29,055 nucleotides of DNA from a virus. Taxonomy: Duplodnaviria; Caudoviricetes. Of this stretch, positions 22,601 through 27,770 are shown one piece after another. A model generated the notes under the pieces. The model saw nothing but the letters and a program-made list of their open reading frames with translations, had not been told where the DNA came from and did no database searches. The position numbers and the translations under genes are program-made. Location of the stretch: IMG/VR virus record IMGVR_UViG_3300008261_000112, positions 1 through 29,055 of that record; one strand, 5' to 3'. Each line of letters begins with the position of its first letter. The stretch's first letter is position 1.

Positions 22601-25600
22601 TACATCACTTTTAGTCGAATCTAACTTATTAAATGCTAGTGATTATAACGATAATAAATGGGTAGCAGTAGGTGAAAATATCGTATTAAGTACAGACAGG
22701 TTCTTCTGGGAAGAAGTGTTTGTGTTACCTTATGCAGGACAATTAAAAGATGTAAAATATATTGACATACCAATTTATAGAAATTGGTTAGCAGTGGGTA
22801 ATTGGACTGTAAGTGGAGTCGACAGGGCCGTATTGTTACGAAGCAGTGATGGAATAACTTGGATAGAGATTAATGCTGGGGTTACCACAGATATTACTAA
22901 TGCAACACTAAATGCAGTTGCCCCTGGGGATAATTTACTGATATATGTAGCTGATAATGGTAGAATATTTACAACTACAAATAATATATCATTCACTGAG
23001 CAAACGTCAGGAGTTAGTGAAAATCTATTAGATGTACTTTACGTGGATAGCACTTACATTGTAGTAGGTGCAGCCGGTACTATATTAACAAGTACAGACG
23101 CAGTTACATGGAATATAGATACGTCAGGTACTACAGAAAACTTAAATGGAATTACATCAGATGATGCAGGAAAGTATTTAATTGTTGGCAACAACAATGT
23201 TATATTAACTAGTATAGATTCAGGTATTAATAAAACTTGGGAACTTTCAAGTATTTTTATACAAGAACCTGCTGTATATAATGTTCAGGGCCCGGCATTT
23301 GATGAAGGCTACGGTCCAGAAGAATTAGTGCCTGGAGTAGTTACTGATAATCTAACTATGATTGTAACAACTCGTCCAGGTACTAACTGGTCAGTTGGAG
23401 AATACGGTCACACTGGATTCACAGTAGTTTCAACTGAAATTGTTCCTTCATATCCACAATTTGAATATTCATTCTTAAATGTTGTACAGAACCCTGTATT
23501 CATAGCAGTATATGATATAACTCCTTCTACGGGTTTAAGTGTACGTTTATACGACACATATGATTATACAATTGATTGGGTATTAAAAACAATCACATTG
23601 AATACTACATTAGCTCCAAATCATAATTTAGGTATTGAATTGTATGAAGTGGGTAATGGAGATCAATTACAACGTTCAAATTCACAGACAGTGCCCTTTA
23701 TTGATAATCTAAATACTGGCTTTATTGAAATACCATTGAACTGTAATTACTCGGCTAATAAATTTAACGGTAATGGATTAATAAGACCAGGTACAGAACC
23801 TATTGAAACAGAATGTATCCGCACAGAAGCAATTATTGATTCTATTACATGCGATGATGTATCTACGTTTACACTTAACGAGCCAATTAGATTCCAAGGT
23901 GATGTATTTGGTGGAATTGAATTGGATCAAACATACTATATTAAAACTATTAGTTATGTAACTAATAAAATTACAGTATCGTTACCCCCATTAATAGATG
24001 GTATTGCAGGCCCTACATACCAATTAACGGATGATACAGGTTCTATGCAAACAATTGTTCAACAAGGAACAGGTATTGTTTGGACTGACCCATTGGTTGT
24101 ACATAACGGTGATAAGTTGGTATTAGGTGAATCTAGTACAGTAACTCAGACTAAGAGTTCTACTAATTCAATAGTTGTTAATACTGCATTAACAATGGAT
24201 GTAAACGATCCAATCGTATTTAGTGATTATATGTTTGGTGGCCCAACACCGCACACTACATATTATATTAAATCTATAGTTGACGATAATGAATTCACTA
24301 TATCTACTACACAAGGTGGAAGTACATTTGTATTAACTGATGCTACTGGTTTGGCAAACTGTATTACGAATGATTTTGCTATTGCCAGAGCAGATGTAGG
24401 CACTACAGCAAAATTAATGTTTGCTGAAAATTATAACCAAACTGATGATTTTATTACTTTCGCAGTATTTGGAGAAACAGATCCTATACAATATTCATAT
24501 AGTATCCCGATTACACAGATTTATCTGTCAACTGGTGGCGAGACACAATTATTATTGACTAATTATATTGGAGGAACTAATCCAGAAAATGCAATAGTAG
24601 AAGTTAATGGTCTGCGTAAGACACCAATTTCAGATTATACTATTGATTTAACTACACAAATATTGTACTTAACCTTCAGTTTAACTGCAGGCGATATTTT
24701 AGCAGTCACTACTTACAATAGTACAGAACGTCAATATTTAAATACAACATTAGGTGGAACATATAGTGGTTCAGAAAGTGTGACATTACATATTGGATCT
24801 TCTACACATTTCCCTGGATTTGATGAAACTGACTATGATGAAAGTGTTGGATCACCGACAACAGTAAATGCAGGAAGTTTTGAGTATTATGATCCTTTAG
24901 TAATAGGCAGTTATAATCACACCTATCAAATAACTTCACTTGGTACTACTGATTGGGATGCTGTTGCCGGAACAACTGGATTTAATTCAGATGGCTCACC
25001 GTACACATGGTCAGTTGGAGATATATTTGTTGCACTTAATGCAGGATCAGGGACAGGTGTTGCACAAACTGTACCTAGCGTTTACTCTCCGGGCCCGGAT
25101 TACTTCACATTGTCAGGCTCAGACACCACTACTGGATTAGAAATCAACACTGGTATTATATTCACTTCACCTATCGGTGGGGTATCTATTAATACTACAT
25201 ATTATATTGCACAAATATTAAGTTCAACTACATTCAACGTGTCATTGACACCGGGCGGTGCACCATTAACATTAACAACTGCGACAGGTGCAATGCTTGG
25301 TTTTATTAATCCTGCTAGAGTTTCTAATATTACTGCAATTAATAATGCAATTTCTTCACCAGTGGCAGTTACTAATGTATCAACATCTACTACACCTAAT
25401 ACATTGACTGCAACTAGTACGTCTGGATTTATTCCAGCAAGTCCAGGCATATACCAACCTATCATATTTAAAAATGCAACCGCTACTCCAGGAGCAGGTG
25501 GTGTATTAACTGATGGTACTGTATACTGGGTTAACACTGTTATTAATAGTACTGATTTTACTATTTCAGAAACACCAGGTGGTACTGCATTTGCAGTTGA

Positions 25601-26948
25601 CGGTTCATCAGGTGCAATGATTGCTTATGTTGGTGGAAATCCAACAACTACTATCACAACAGGTGTTCCGCACAATTTAGAAACAAATGACATAGTACGC
25701 ATTGATGGTGTTAATGGATCAACTCAATTAAACAATAATGTATACTATGTACATGTAATATCTGAAAATCAAATTGGTTTGTACTTATCGGAATATCTAC
25801 CTGAGAGTTATCAGGCTAATGAAATAGTGACCGGAGTAACAAACTGGTCCGGTGGCGGCTATGTATGGTTAGACAAACAGTTTACAATAATTGATGCAAC
25901 AGCAACAGAAACATTCTCTGCTGATAATACGATTCAGTTGGATAGTGTTGCCAATATCGTTATTGATACCCCTGTATATTTCTCAGGAAGTACGTTTGGT
26001 AACATCGTTGAAGGTACTCGTTACTATGTTAAATCTATTGATACTGTAGACGTAACAATTACTATATCTGCGACATATCAAGGTGTAGAATTTACATTGG
26101 CAGATGATACAGGTGAAATGGGTGTCACAATGTGGGAACAAAATAACGTTGATAGAGTTTGGGTAACAGTCAATGGATATACTGTCCCATCAAGTTCATT
26201 ATACTTGAATCCTAATAACAATTTAAGCATATTGACAACTATTGTTCCAGGAGACATTGTTATTGTTACTCACATGATACCTACTGCTACCCCAGATGAA
26301 TTGACATATATTAATAATGTTAATAAATCGCACATACCTACTGTATATCGTGCAACTTCATTAAGCACAACTTGGTTAACTCAACCATTGTCATATACTG
26401 ACAGTACAATTTATGTTGAAGATGTATCTAAGATTACAACTAACGTGGTTCAAAATGAAGTAACTCCTGCATTGGCAAATGGTGTTTATACTATTGGGTT
26501 AGACGTAGATAAGCGAATTATCAGTCAAGTTATTGTAGTAAACAATTCAACACCGACTCCTACTACACTACCAAGCTCTGCTTATAGTGTTCAGATTGTA
26601 GACACTGCCCCTGTATTAGAAATTACATCAGGTGTATCAGTAGGTCAAAGTTTGACAATTACTGTAATTTTAGGTAATCTGATTTATGTTGCAGGAGAGC
26701 AAATCAAGTTCACAACAGTCAACTTTGATGACAATACATTGACAGGATTACAACGTGGTACTAACGGTACTGGGGAAAGATTCTATATTCCAGCATATGA
26801 GAAAGTATACGGAATACTATCTACTAACCTGTTACCTGAAGTTAACTACAATTTAACATGGAATTCATATAATTATAATCCTACTTTGGGTGATCCATTG
26901 CAGATTAGTAACACAGTGGCTGCAAATTTCTTAAATGCGGAGTTCTGA
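7689..26948 (+). CDS. Giant (6419 aa) multidomain virion protein; probable gp7-equivalent baseplate wedge protein with many beta-rich accessory domains
   Basis: Uninterrupted 19.26 kb ORF directly after gp6; T/V/G/N/Y-rich beta-type composition; YINEIKPYH (18627-18653) recalls the KP.H motif of gp7/gpI-type wedge proteins; contains FG-GAP-like and Asp-box propeller repeats and several internal repeat families. CDS is near certain; the gp7 role is inference. Confidence 0.8.
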   Translation: MAARIRTLNFLPEVFRTPTNAQFLGATLDQIVDQPNTMRIQGYIGSRFGYGINAKDNYVVEPTKTRTDYQLDPGVVFTKTNTSTATDFVTYPGIIDALKLNGGVTNNNDRLFNSQFYSWDPFVDLDKLINFNQYYWLPQGAPAVTIATDIVYNAQDYTVIDDPNAYIISSNINPDGSANPTLTLIRGGTYSFTVNQDSPFWIQGQPGITGYDPNQPNLLTRDVLGVSNNGAENGVVEFTVPYKNAQDEYNFPGDTRVDVVSSAPFDSIEGQLLSDVVDIDGVTALEGLTVMFYNTGVVNEQGFIGQYYDTTTWDEETSSSGTQTVTAIVTAGSFVIGNTYTIVTLGTTDFTLIGASSNTVGVVFTATGSGSGTGTASELITFPVGGAPYVFPGSSVNDNNFGGGYYTEVSATFYTITYVGDPTNPVIKLIPASGIPTNEKITPNFGTQWKARNFYRNVQGVINLVPYLSSLLDTLYYQDGTVPNKVGLIRLINSNITNQINVLEILGQPNYTAPNGVVFTNGLKVTFNGDIFPTSYKTGEYYVQGVGTAIELINTQDLIVPESFTEGTYNPWDILPWDIGNYDVTLYIPVQQDYITIARNSIDRNPWSRSNRWFHIDVINATATYNNDPSIATTYATQNNKAKRPVIEFYPNLKLFDNCIVGKQPVDFVDARTTDAFTQVAGQPMYYPDVEVYTAASATVNGVTGTSTTITIPASDVELGSFQVGQFITDSDGVIPRNAQITAITGTTLLTITIGWSPSATIPSVTNVSLIANDISNDNYALYDGARIIFSVDNNPDVRNKIYVVRFSNISGVTPVITLTEADDGLVLQNEGTVAYKGYYNQGKDFYYYFNNNPEVLENQWQQAQQKTTVNQAPFFDVFDADGVSFGDAEIYTGSSFNGNKLFSYGIGSGINDIVLGFPLRYSSVNNVGDISFDVPLNSATFNYVRGSTPITQQVNTGYVHNYSDLNTRTRALGWQTAVAESRQYQIFSFNYVGGSGVNSYTCDIAAATDTVWPNIQVYLNNVLQDTDTYTYTINPTTTVVNFTVPNTAVDTVVEITLLSDQVSSTAYYQIPNNLQNNPFNTDITTANVGDIRGQYQSIFYNNPNTTGNVFGANNYRDLGNLVPWGNRIIQNSASLVLPGTFLRKPGVNLYDSLQYNSNQYISFKTLLVDTVNQTEYNVYMSPATMLDDALDQITISKVDTAPFFWSDMLPSKSPYASNSYTFANSLDVSRYPLTRIYDFDTANYYGVLVYLTRTVNGYTSITQLVSGVDYNISTTSPALTVETDLLPGDIITVNEYYQTYGSYVPNTPTKLGLYPSFIPEVVLDENYTNPTYFIRGHDGSYTKLYGDYIDGNLIDFRDKVLLEFETRIYNNLKLSNIIPVRDYDVVPGFFRTTDYSYDEFLTIYSQFFLNWVGQNRVEYKQQVGYTPTNEFSYNYSQSGNKINNAQIQQGYWRGIYQYFYDTSQPDVAPWEMIGLTSQPTWWTTRYGPAPYTSDNLVLWGDLAAGINWNNGDPIVVTQCIRPELLQVLPVDSEGNLVSPFVAVVGNYDGRSFRNDWKVGDVASTEFAYRRSSSWPFDLMKILALTKPANFYNLGVDVDNYKYNEEFNQFLVNDRSHLIISDVEIYGSGTAKTSYINWIVDYEKQVGIDSTQTTTDLLDNLDVRLIYRVAGFTDKALINFYVEKGSPNSNNASLLIPTESLDVLLYDNIPFNKIIYSGIIVQNVGSGWKVYGNSQTKAYFTISKPKINGNYNLVTVEGESVQVAKDYFENTEILVPYGTEFVSKQDLAQFIASYGNYLATQGVLFDQIESGLDINWNQMVAEYLYWTQSGWSQGSLINLNPAANLITIQKDSCVVQPLTLQRQNFVLNQNLYPIQAVDLAVVRDDTLFSARPLNQGDTVAYGQFNISNFEHGVVFNNVTLFNDVIYNLITGLRQNRITTRGTKTADWNGTIDTQGFILNQDNIQEWNNITKYTKGAIVKYKNKYWVSLRVLEPSMTFDGRYWKETDYDEVQKGLLPNPSTRSFESTLYYNTNTPNLSKDADLLSWSLIGYRPRDYMALADLTDITQINVYQNLIKEKGTRIATENFKGIILPQGGIDYDVYENWAIKTGEFGGVLDNNFIDFRLNQNQLTGNPSIVGLTTGTFTNGVQQEVPLYSVFNYGRPITNPNILPTLPANTPNKLYPDAGYVNFNDITTFAYYYNDLNLAQTPLSQLYVGQYVWVADFNGTWQVYTPIANGNIIQVLNNLNGTVTLEFAQPHGLTKYQTIAIINFNDAVNGYRIVQAVVDNYRVTIALSLVSTITRLTSTNSIVMRFQSQRVTQPSDIINLPLLNTEFVKNKVWVDTGTSGDWEVYRKSINYNLDLELLKTNSETFGSAVATTSDLGYLVGDADLGIAYRYTFNPVFKRYDLVQTLFSSTPAVGSFVIGNNYQIVSLGSTDFVALGATSNIVGTRFTATGTGSFVAGSFVIGKEYTITSVGTTNFTLIGATANTVGITFTATGVGSGTGTAVQGAGTAGLFKVSFGASIGYAGSTFAISQPTGVLLADRKVKVYNLVINTTFNELQVLQTISAPTGVTNWGTKTEFSGDENWLFISAYEQNAFYVYRKSQATGLYEYSNIITLGGLAIGDNFSFSLATNYYGNTIVAGAPGVDTGIINNTGTSYIFERVMQNFEVQFTSQVLVPQFFNLTFTPGTRTFTGTNITSNAITLNSVAGLSLNMPVIFTGSVFGGLAIDRVYYIKTIVGSTITLSLTIGGSTLPLTTGSGSMTMVAQSEPLFVSVNGTLIDTNNYAVIGSTLNVYQSLNVGDILTVSGSTFVLIQQFTATGAVTIGEQYGYSADLDTYGNELLIGSPFQINSESKEGTIYRYTDGGGSYGIITGTINCQVGNPTTILLNGYAVAIPVGNASVVAAAIEAANITNITATAIDNKLVISLINIELATINDKLDIVVLNANVLYQLGISKYTLTQVITDPHPATRTQFGTVIKFNDNGSFVASAPVAPRYEATTFDSSDDDNYNNDTLFDNNTTQFVDTLVNAGAVYMFDYAENYNENLLNVGQYIYAQSVNALNSNYGAQPYYGTAVDFNDNTVVVGTPGFRPGYENGQVIIYTNPSGQADWSVFRQPETAVNVNGITNAQLYSASTNNTLINLDYIDPLQGKILGVVAENLDIVSNADPASYNSPNTTISGSAVWGTKQLGKLWFNTSTTKFVNYHQYDDVVYNSKWWGRVFPGSQVTIYSWITSNVVPAEYTGPGTPLTLTDYSVEYVLNSTGAITPVYFFWARNTNIIFNQIGKTLSDTICESYISAPQASGIAYFAPIQSNVMGLYNTSEYVNDTDTVMHIGFATGTNEDDSHSIYSLIRANYPDDFLPGLPALTSLPPLSLYDRMLDSMSGVDESGAIVPDPYLPKPVQSGVLVRPRQSFFYSRFGALKNYLTLANQELAKIPFTETQSSKFLYTTGPINPSTGLPFYETTDYWDPVNWWATGYNDNTKSAVLVESYYQLATINAQNGLIVTVNKNGAGFQETYRYDSGLDTWERIGLQDGTIQFKTDLWDYESARLGFGDNFFDTTPFDTYPSEETRSITRFLNEELPSEIFAFRNQGLILLFNYIISETIESQNYLPWLNKTSFIDVAHTIRELLPLEVFQSDNQEFLAGYINEIKPYHVVVKDFLFKYTGVDVWAGDITDFDLPAQFNTNLQQYITPELVYANPSGDNQFVPTDAIWQDPAYTNWFNNYGVSITGVNGYPITVLSSYLTLNSNSMAVDNIFGFPINGVIKVYDPTDPETDLSKKAFELIAYSSVDRAYGTLNGLTRGVNETPISNHLPGQQIYIDLPAVLVLDGGRGYANPPLITAYIDTTIYPAPRREAILQPVMNLDQLLRVDVVDPGDGYVVLPQIIIEPSSIITFASIDVDIVNNTITVQNQLVQTGDLVRYYTGSDTTAINGVKEGQYYYVGVLENVPTYVVALYTTYADALQDHDRVIFLSTGSGTNNNLAISARASCVTSSRPIRENITTLRYDRTTYDSQVTEWAQGNFYGSFYAGSFQNTEQIASSSIQIADPQWGYQPPIDSILASAQGATFEIQNIRNNEVIEWSSRTRIVTSTASGTDLITIEPSIGGTPDEGFVGPTTGFYVGMPIKFVGAAFGNLAVNTVYYVKEIVSLTRFSISATVGGPALALSNATTTAGLDAIIGEVTNTAVVTIQYPGILTATATAKTTNFVTIPLNPSGICGTTGFYTGLPIFFTGNVFGGVIENENYYVTTVIDDQTFTMSTTNTPTIVTVEATENSGDYVVLSDIGDLALNTPIIITGTTFGGIVAGQLYYIASIDYSTNKVTLSNTINGGAIALTTASGSATLTSQAEVVQLTNATGTMTCNVGLPISPGQITGQAFTFYNTSGEFTNSGSGYSGTNSNLITRSTVATVATSNYLYLNALSGGSTSMYVNMPFRLSTAIGGLSTGTTYYVKSMGNIVLNVISSVGGTTDEYTCSSTTGFYAGMPISFTGGVFGGVVELVTYYVKTVASSTSFTISETPGGATFNLSSDTGLMTLTADNPYITVSTSAGGSVVALTNNFSASSTLTQYPTAVPTFFISYVLGGYSVVINTSGTGFAYNNNITIAGSNVGGTTGINDIVINVSGINATGGITSTIVSGTPPGLTEQYYLKVISPTELEVYANPLLTVPVNGNTLGAIYTGVKSTTVTGVTASNDQLTVTSSADFELNDPVVFTGDVYSELTLGQTYYIKSKPSATTVTLSTTIAGGTLNFTGTTTGLSFTMAKSGDYVFLPEPFYFTQSIVRYNNRLYQCIVSNNDTDFILGKWELLDSGDRRLNELDRIIGYYNPTINMPGRDLTQLVTGITYPGSVYMDNAFPPADEFILDTILQDQPFYPTEIDNVAVLHDGLRYIGVSNTPEYSASITSTLGDVWSINKIANSPLNTTNISFAEGWYVITTANSATPIFISADGVNWITSGGTYTPYDSTPYDTTSYDFTSLLVESNLLNASDYNDNKWVAVGENIVLSTDRFFWEEVFVLPYAGQLKDVKYIDIPIYRNWLAVGNWTVSGVDRAVLLRSSDGITWIEINAGVTTDITNATLNAVAPGDNLLIYVADNGRIFTTTNNISFTEQTSGVSENLLDVLYVDSTYIVVGAAGTILTSTDAVTWNIDTSGTTENLNGITSDDAGKYLIVGNNNVILTSIDSGINKTWELSSIFIQEPAVYNVQGPAFDEGYGPEELVPGVVTDNLTMIVTTRPGTNWSVGEYGHTGFTVVSTEIVPSYPQFEYSFLNVVQNPVFIAVYDITPSTGLSVRLYDTYDYTIDWVLKTITLNTTLAPNHNLGIELYEVGNGDQLQRSNSQTVPFIDNLNTGFIEIPLNCNYSANKFNGNGLIRPGTEPIETECIRTEAIIDSITCDDVSTFTLNEPIRFQGDVFGGIELDQTYYIKTISYVTNKITVSLPPLIDGIAGPTYQLTDDTGSMQTIVQQGTGIVWTDPLVVHNGDKLVLGESSTVTQTKSSTNSIVVNTALTMDVNDPIVFSDYMFGGPTPHTTYYIKSIVDDNEFTISTTQGGSTFVLTDATGLANCITNDFAIARADVGTTAKLMFAENYNQTDDFITFAVFGETDPIQYSYSIPITQIYLSTGGETQLLLTNYIGGTNPENAIVEVNGLRKTPISDYTIDLTTQILYLTFSLTAGDILAVTTYNSTERQYLNTTLGGTYSGSESVTLHIGSSTHFPGFDETDYDESVGSPTTVNAGSFEYYDPLVIGSYNHTYQITSLGTTDWDAVAGTTGFNSDGSPYTWSVGDIFVALNAGSGTGVAQTVPSVYSPGPDYFTLSGSDTTTGLEINTGIIFTSPIGGVSINTTYYIAQILSSTTFNVSLTPGGAPLTLTTATGAMLGFINPARVSNITAINNAISSPVAVTNVSTSTTPNTLTATSTSGFIPASPGIYQPIIFKNATATPGAGGVLTDGTVYWVNTVINSTDFTISETPGGTAFAVDGSSGAMIAYVGGNPTTTITTGVPHNLETNDIVRIDGVNGSTQLNNNVYYVHVISENQIGLYLSEYLPESYQANEIVTGVTNWSGGGYVWLDKQFTIIDATATETFSADNTIQLDSVANIVIDTPVYFSGSTFGNIVEGTRYYVKSIDTVDVTITISATYQGVEFTLADDTGEMGVTMWEQNNVDRVWVTVNGYTVPSSSLYLNPNNNLSILTTIVPGDIVIVTHMIPTATPDELTYINNVNKSHIPTVYRATSLSTTWLTQPLSYTDSTIYVEDVSKITTNVVQNEVTPALANGVYTIGLDVDKRIISQVIVVNNSTPTPTTLPSSAYSVQIVDTAPVLEITSGVSVGQSLTITVILGNLIYVAGEQIKFTTVNFDDNTLTGLQRGTNGTGERFYIPAYEKVYGILSTNLLPEVNYNLTWNSYNYNPTLGDPLQISNTVAANFLNAEF
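8676..8816 (+). repeat. ~47 aa 'AGSFVIG' protein module, copy 1 of 4 (others at 14937-15227 as two nested copies, and 24867-25064 diverged)
   Basis: TAGSFVIGNTYTIVTLGTTDFTLIGASSNTVGVVFTATGSGSGTGTA aligns by eye with VAGSFVIGKEYTITSVGTTNFTLIGATANTVGITFTATGVGSGTGTA. Confidence 0.9.
14793..16995 (+). repeat. Seven FG-GAP-like repeats (putative 7-bladed beta-propeller with inserted domains)
   Basis: FGSAVATTSDLGYLVGDA; FGASIGYAGSTFAISQP; WGTKTEFSGDENWLFISAY; FSFSLATNYYGNTIVAGAPG; YGYSADLDTYGNELLIGSP; FGTVIKFNDNGSFVASAP; YGTAVDFNDNTVVVGTPG; most are followed by a G-x-[AVI]-Y-x-[YF]-type strand. Confidence 0.75.
15760..26120 (+). repeat. Dispersed ~60-80 aa beta-domain repeat (P-I-x-F-x-G-x-x-F-G-G...Y-Y-[VI]-K...S-x-T-x-G-G...L-T...G-x-M), about 12-14 copies
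   Basis: Copies begin near 15760, 20035, 20346, 20540, 20958, 21110, 21780, 23858, 24186, 25128, 25418 and 25947, with looser relatives near 19370 and 25655. Coordinates approximate. Confidence 0.85.
22311..23243 (+). repeat. Asp-box/BNR-like repeats (putative second beta-propeller)
   Basis: ISADGVNW, LSTDRFFW, RSSDGITW, TSTDAVTW and TSIDSGINKTW, most preceded by VAVG/IVVG-type strands. Confidence 0.75.
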
Positions 26949-26953
26949 TAAAT

Positions 26954-26961
26954 GATAAATA
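26954..26961 (+). promoter_or_regulatory. Putative late promoter GATAAATA
   Basis: Just after the giant gene stop TGA (26946-26948); preceded by a near-copy GATAAATG (26947-26954); 5 nt before ATG 26967. Confidence 0.65.
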
Positions 26962-26966
26962 ATACT

Positions 26967-27119
26967 ATGAATAATCAGGAAAATAATACAAAACCACAGT
27001 TAACAGAAGAATACGGCCCAACGCCGGACGAGTCTGGTGGTTTCTATTTTTCGTCTTTTTTGAAAATAACTGATCCAAATACCAAAGAAGTTTTGGTCGA
27101 AACACGAGGCGATATCTAA
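26967..27119 (+). CDS. Small 50 aa protein missing from the ORF track (alternative in-frame ATG at 26952 gives 55 aa)
   Basis: Translates to MNNQENNTKPQLTEEYGPTPDESGGFYFSSFLKITDPNTKEVLVETRGDI*; fills the intergenic gap; stop overlaps the next start (TAATG, 27117-27121); C-terminus resembles the N-terminus of the next protein. Confidence 0.8.
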   Translation: MNNQENNTKPQLTEEYGPTPDESGGFYFSSFLKITDPNTKEVLVETRGDI

Positions 27120-27739
27120 TGTCAGGAATACAATTAACATACAAAATTGAAGGCTTTTTGAAAGTCTACGATCCCAATAATGGGGAAGTTTTCGTAGATA
27201 AGCATAATGCCATCAACTATGAGAACATGTCAGAAGCTATTGCTGACACATTAAGTAGTCGTGGTTATGGCGAAATTTATCAGATGGCGTTTGGGAACGG
27301 TGGTGCAAGCGTAGATGAAACAGGTGTTATCACATATCTACCCCCAAACACAACTGGTCAAAATGCGGCTCTGTACAATCAAACATACGCTAAAATAGTT
27401 GATGATACTAGCGTTTTCAACTTAGACCCTACACGTAACAAAATGACAGTTTCACACACTACAGGTCGTGTTTATACTGACATTTTAGTTCAATGTTTAT
27501 TAGACTACGGCGAGCCTTCTGGCCAAGATGCGTTTGATAACAGCACACAAACTGATTCTAGTTATATCTTTGATGAATTAGGATTATTAGCAAATTACGG
27601 AACAGACGAGAACGGAAATGTCATTACTAGACTATTGACACACGTAATTTTCCACCCTGTCCAAAAGTCTTTAAATAGACAAATACAAATCGATTATACC
27701 GTCAGAATTCAAGCTCTGACGAACTTAGTCACAATTTAA
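27119..27739 (+). CDS. Baseplate/tail structural protein, possibly tail-collar (DUF3751-like) fibre attachment domain
   Basis: 206 aa; pattern QMAFGNGG...IFDELGLL...LLTHVIFHPVQKSLNRQIQIDYTVRI resembles tail-collar N-terminal domains; lies between the giant wedge gene and a fibre gene. Family is tentative. Confidence 0.6.
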   Translation: MSGIQLTYKIEGFLKVYDPNNGEVFVDKHNAINYENMSEAIADTLSSRGYGEIYQMAFGNGGASVDETGVITYLPPNTTGQNAALYNQTYAKIVDDTSVFNLDPTRNKMTVSHTTGRVYTDILVQCLLDYGEPSGQDAFDNSTQTDSSYIFDELGLLANYGTDENGNVITRLLTHVIFHPVQKSLNRQIQIDYTVRIQALTNLVTI

Positions 27740-27747
27740 GATAAATA
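27740..27747 (+). promoter_or_regulatory. Putative late promoter GATAAATA
   Basis: Directly after stop TAA (27737-27739); 23 nt before ATG 27771; SD GGAG at 27758-27761. Confidence 0.7.
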
Positions 27748-27770
27748 AAGAATACTCGGAGTGATTTGAA

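Noticed and set aside
3592-25537. Other short minus-strand or alternate-frame ORFs in the track (e.g. 3592, 3665, 7024, 8330, 9411, 12728, 14969, 16690, 22295, 22775, 24940, 25202)
   Set aside because: All overlap well-supported + strand genes and show no recognisable motifs.
27056-27073. Slippery T TTT TTG in the micro-ORF as a programmed -1 frameshift fusing it to the 206 aa gene
   Set aside because: The -1 frame is the downstream gene's frame but hits TGA at 27071-27073, so no fusion is possible.
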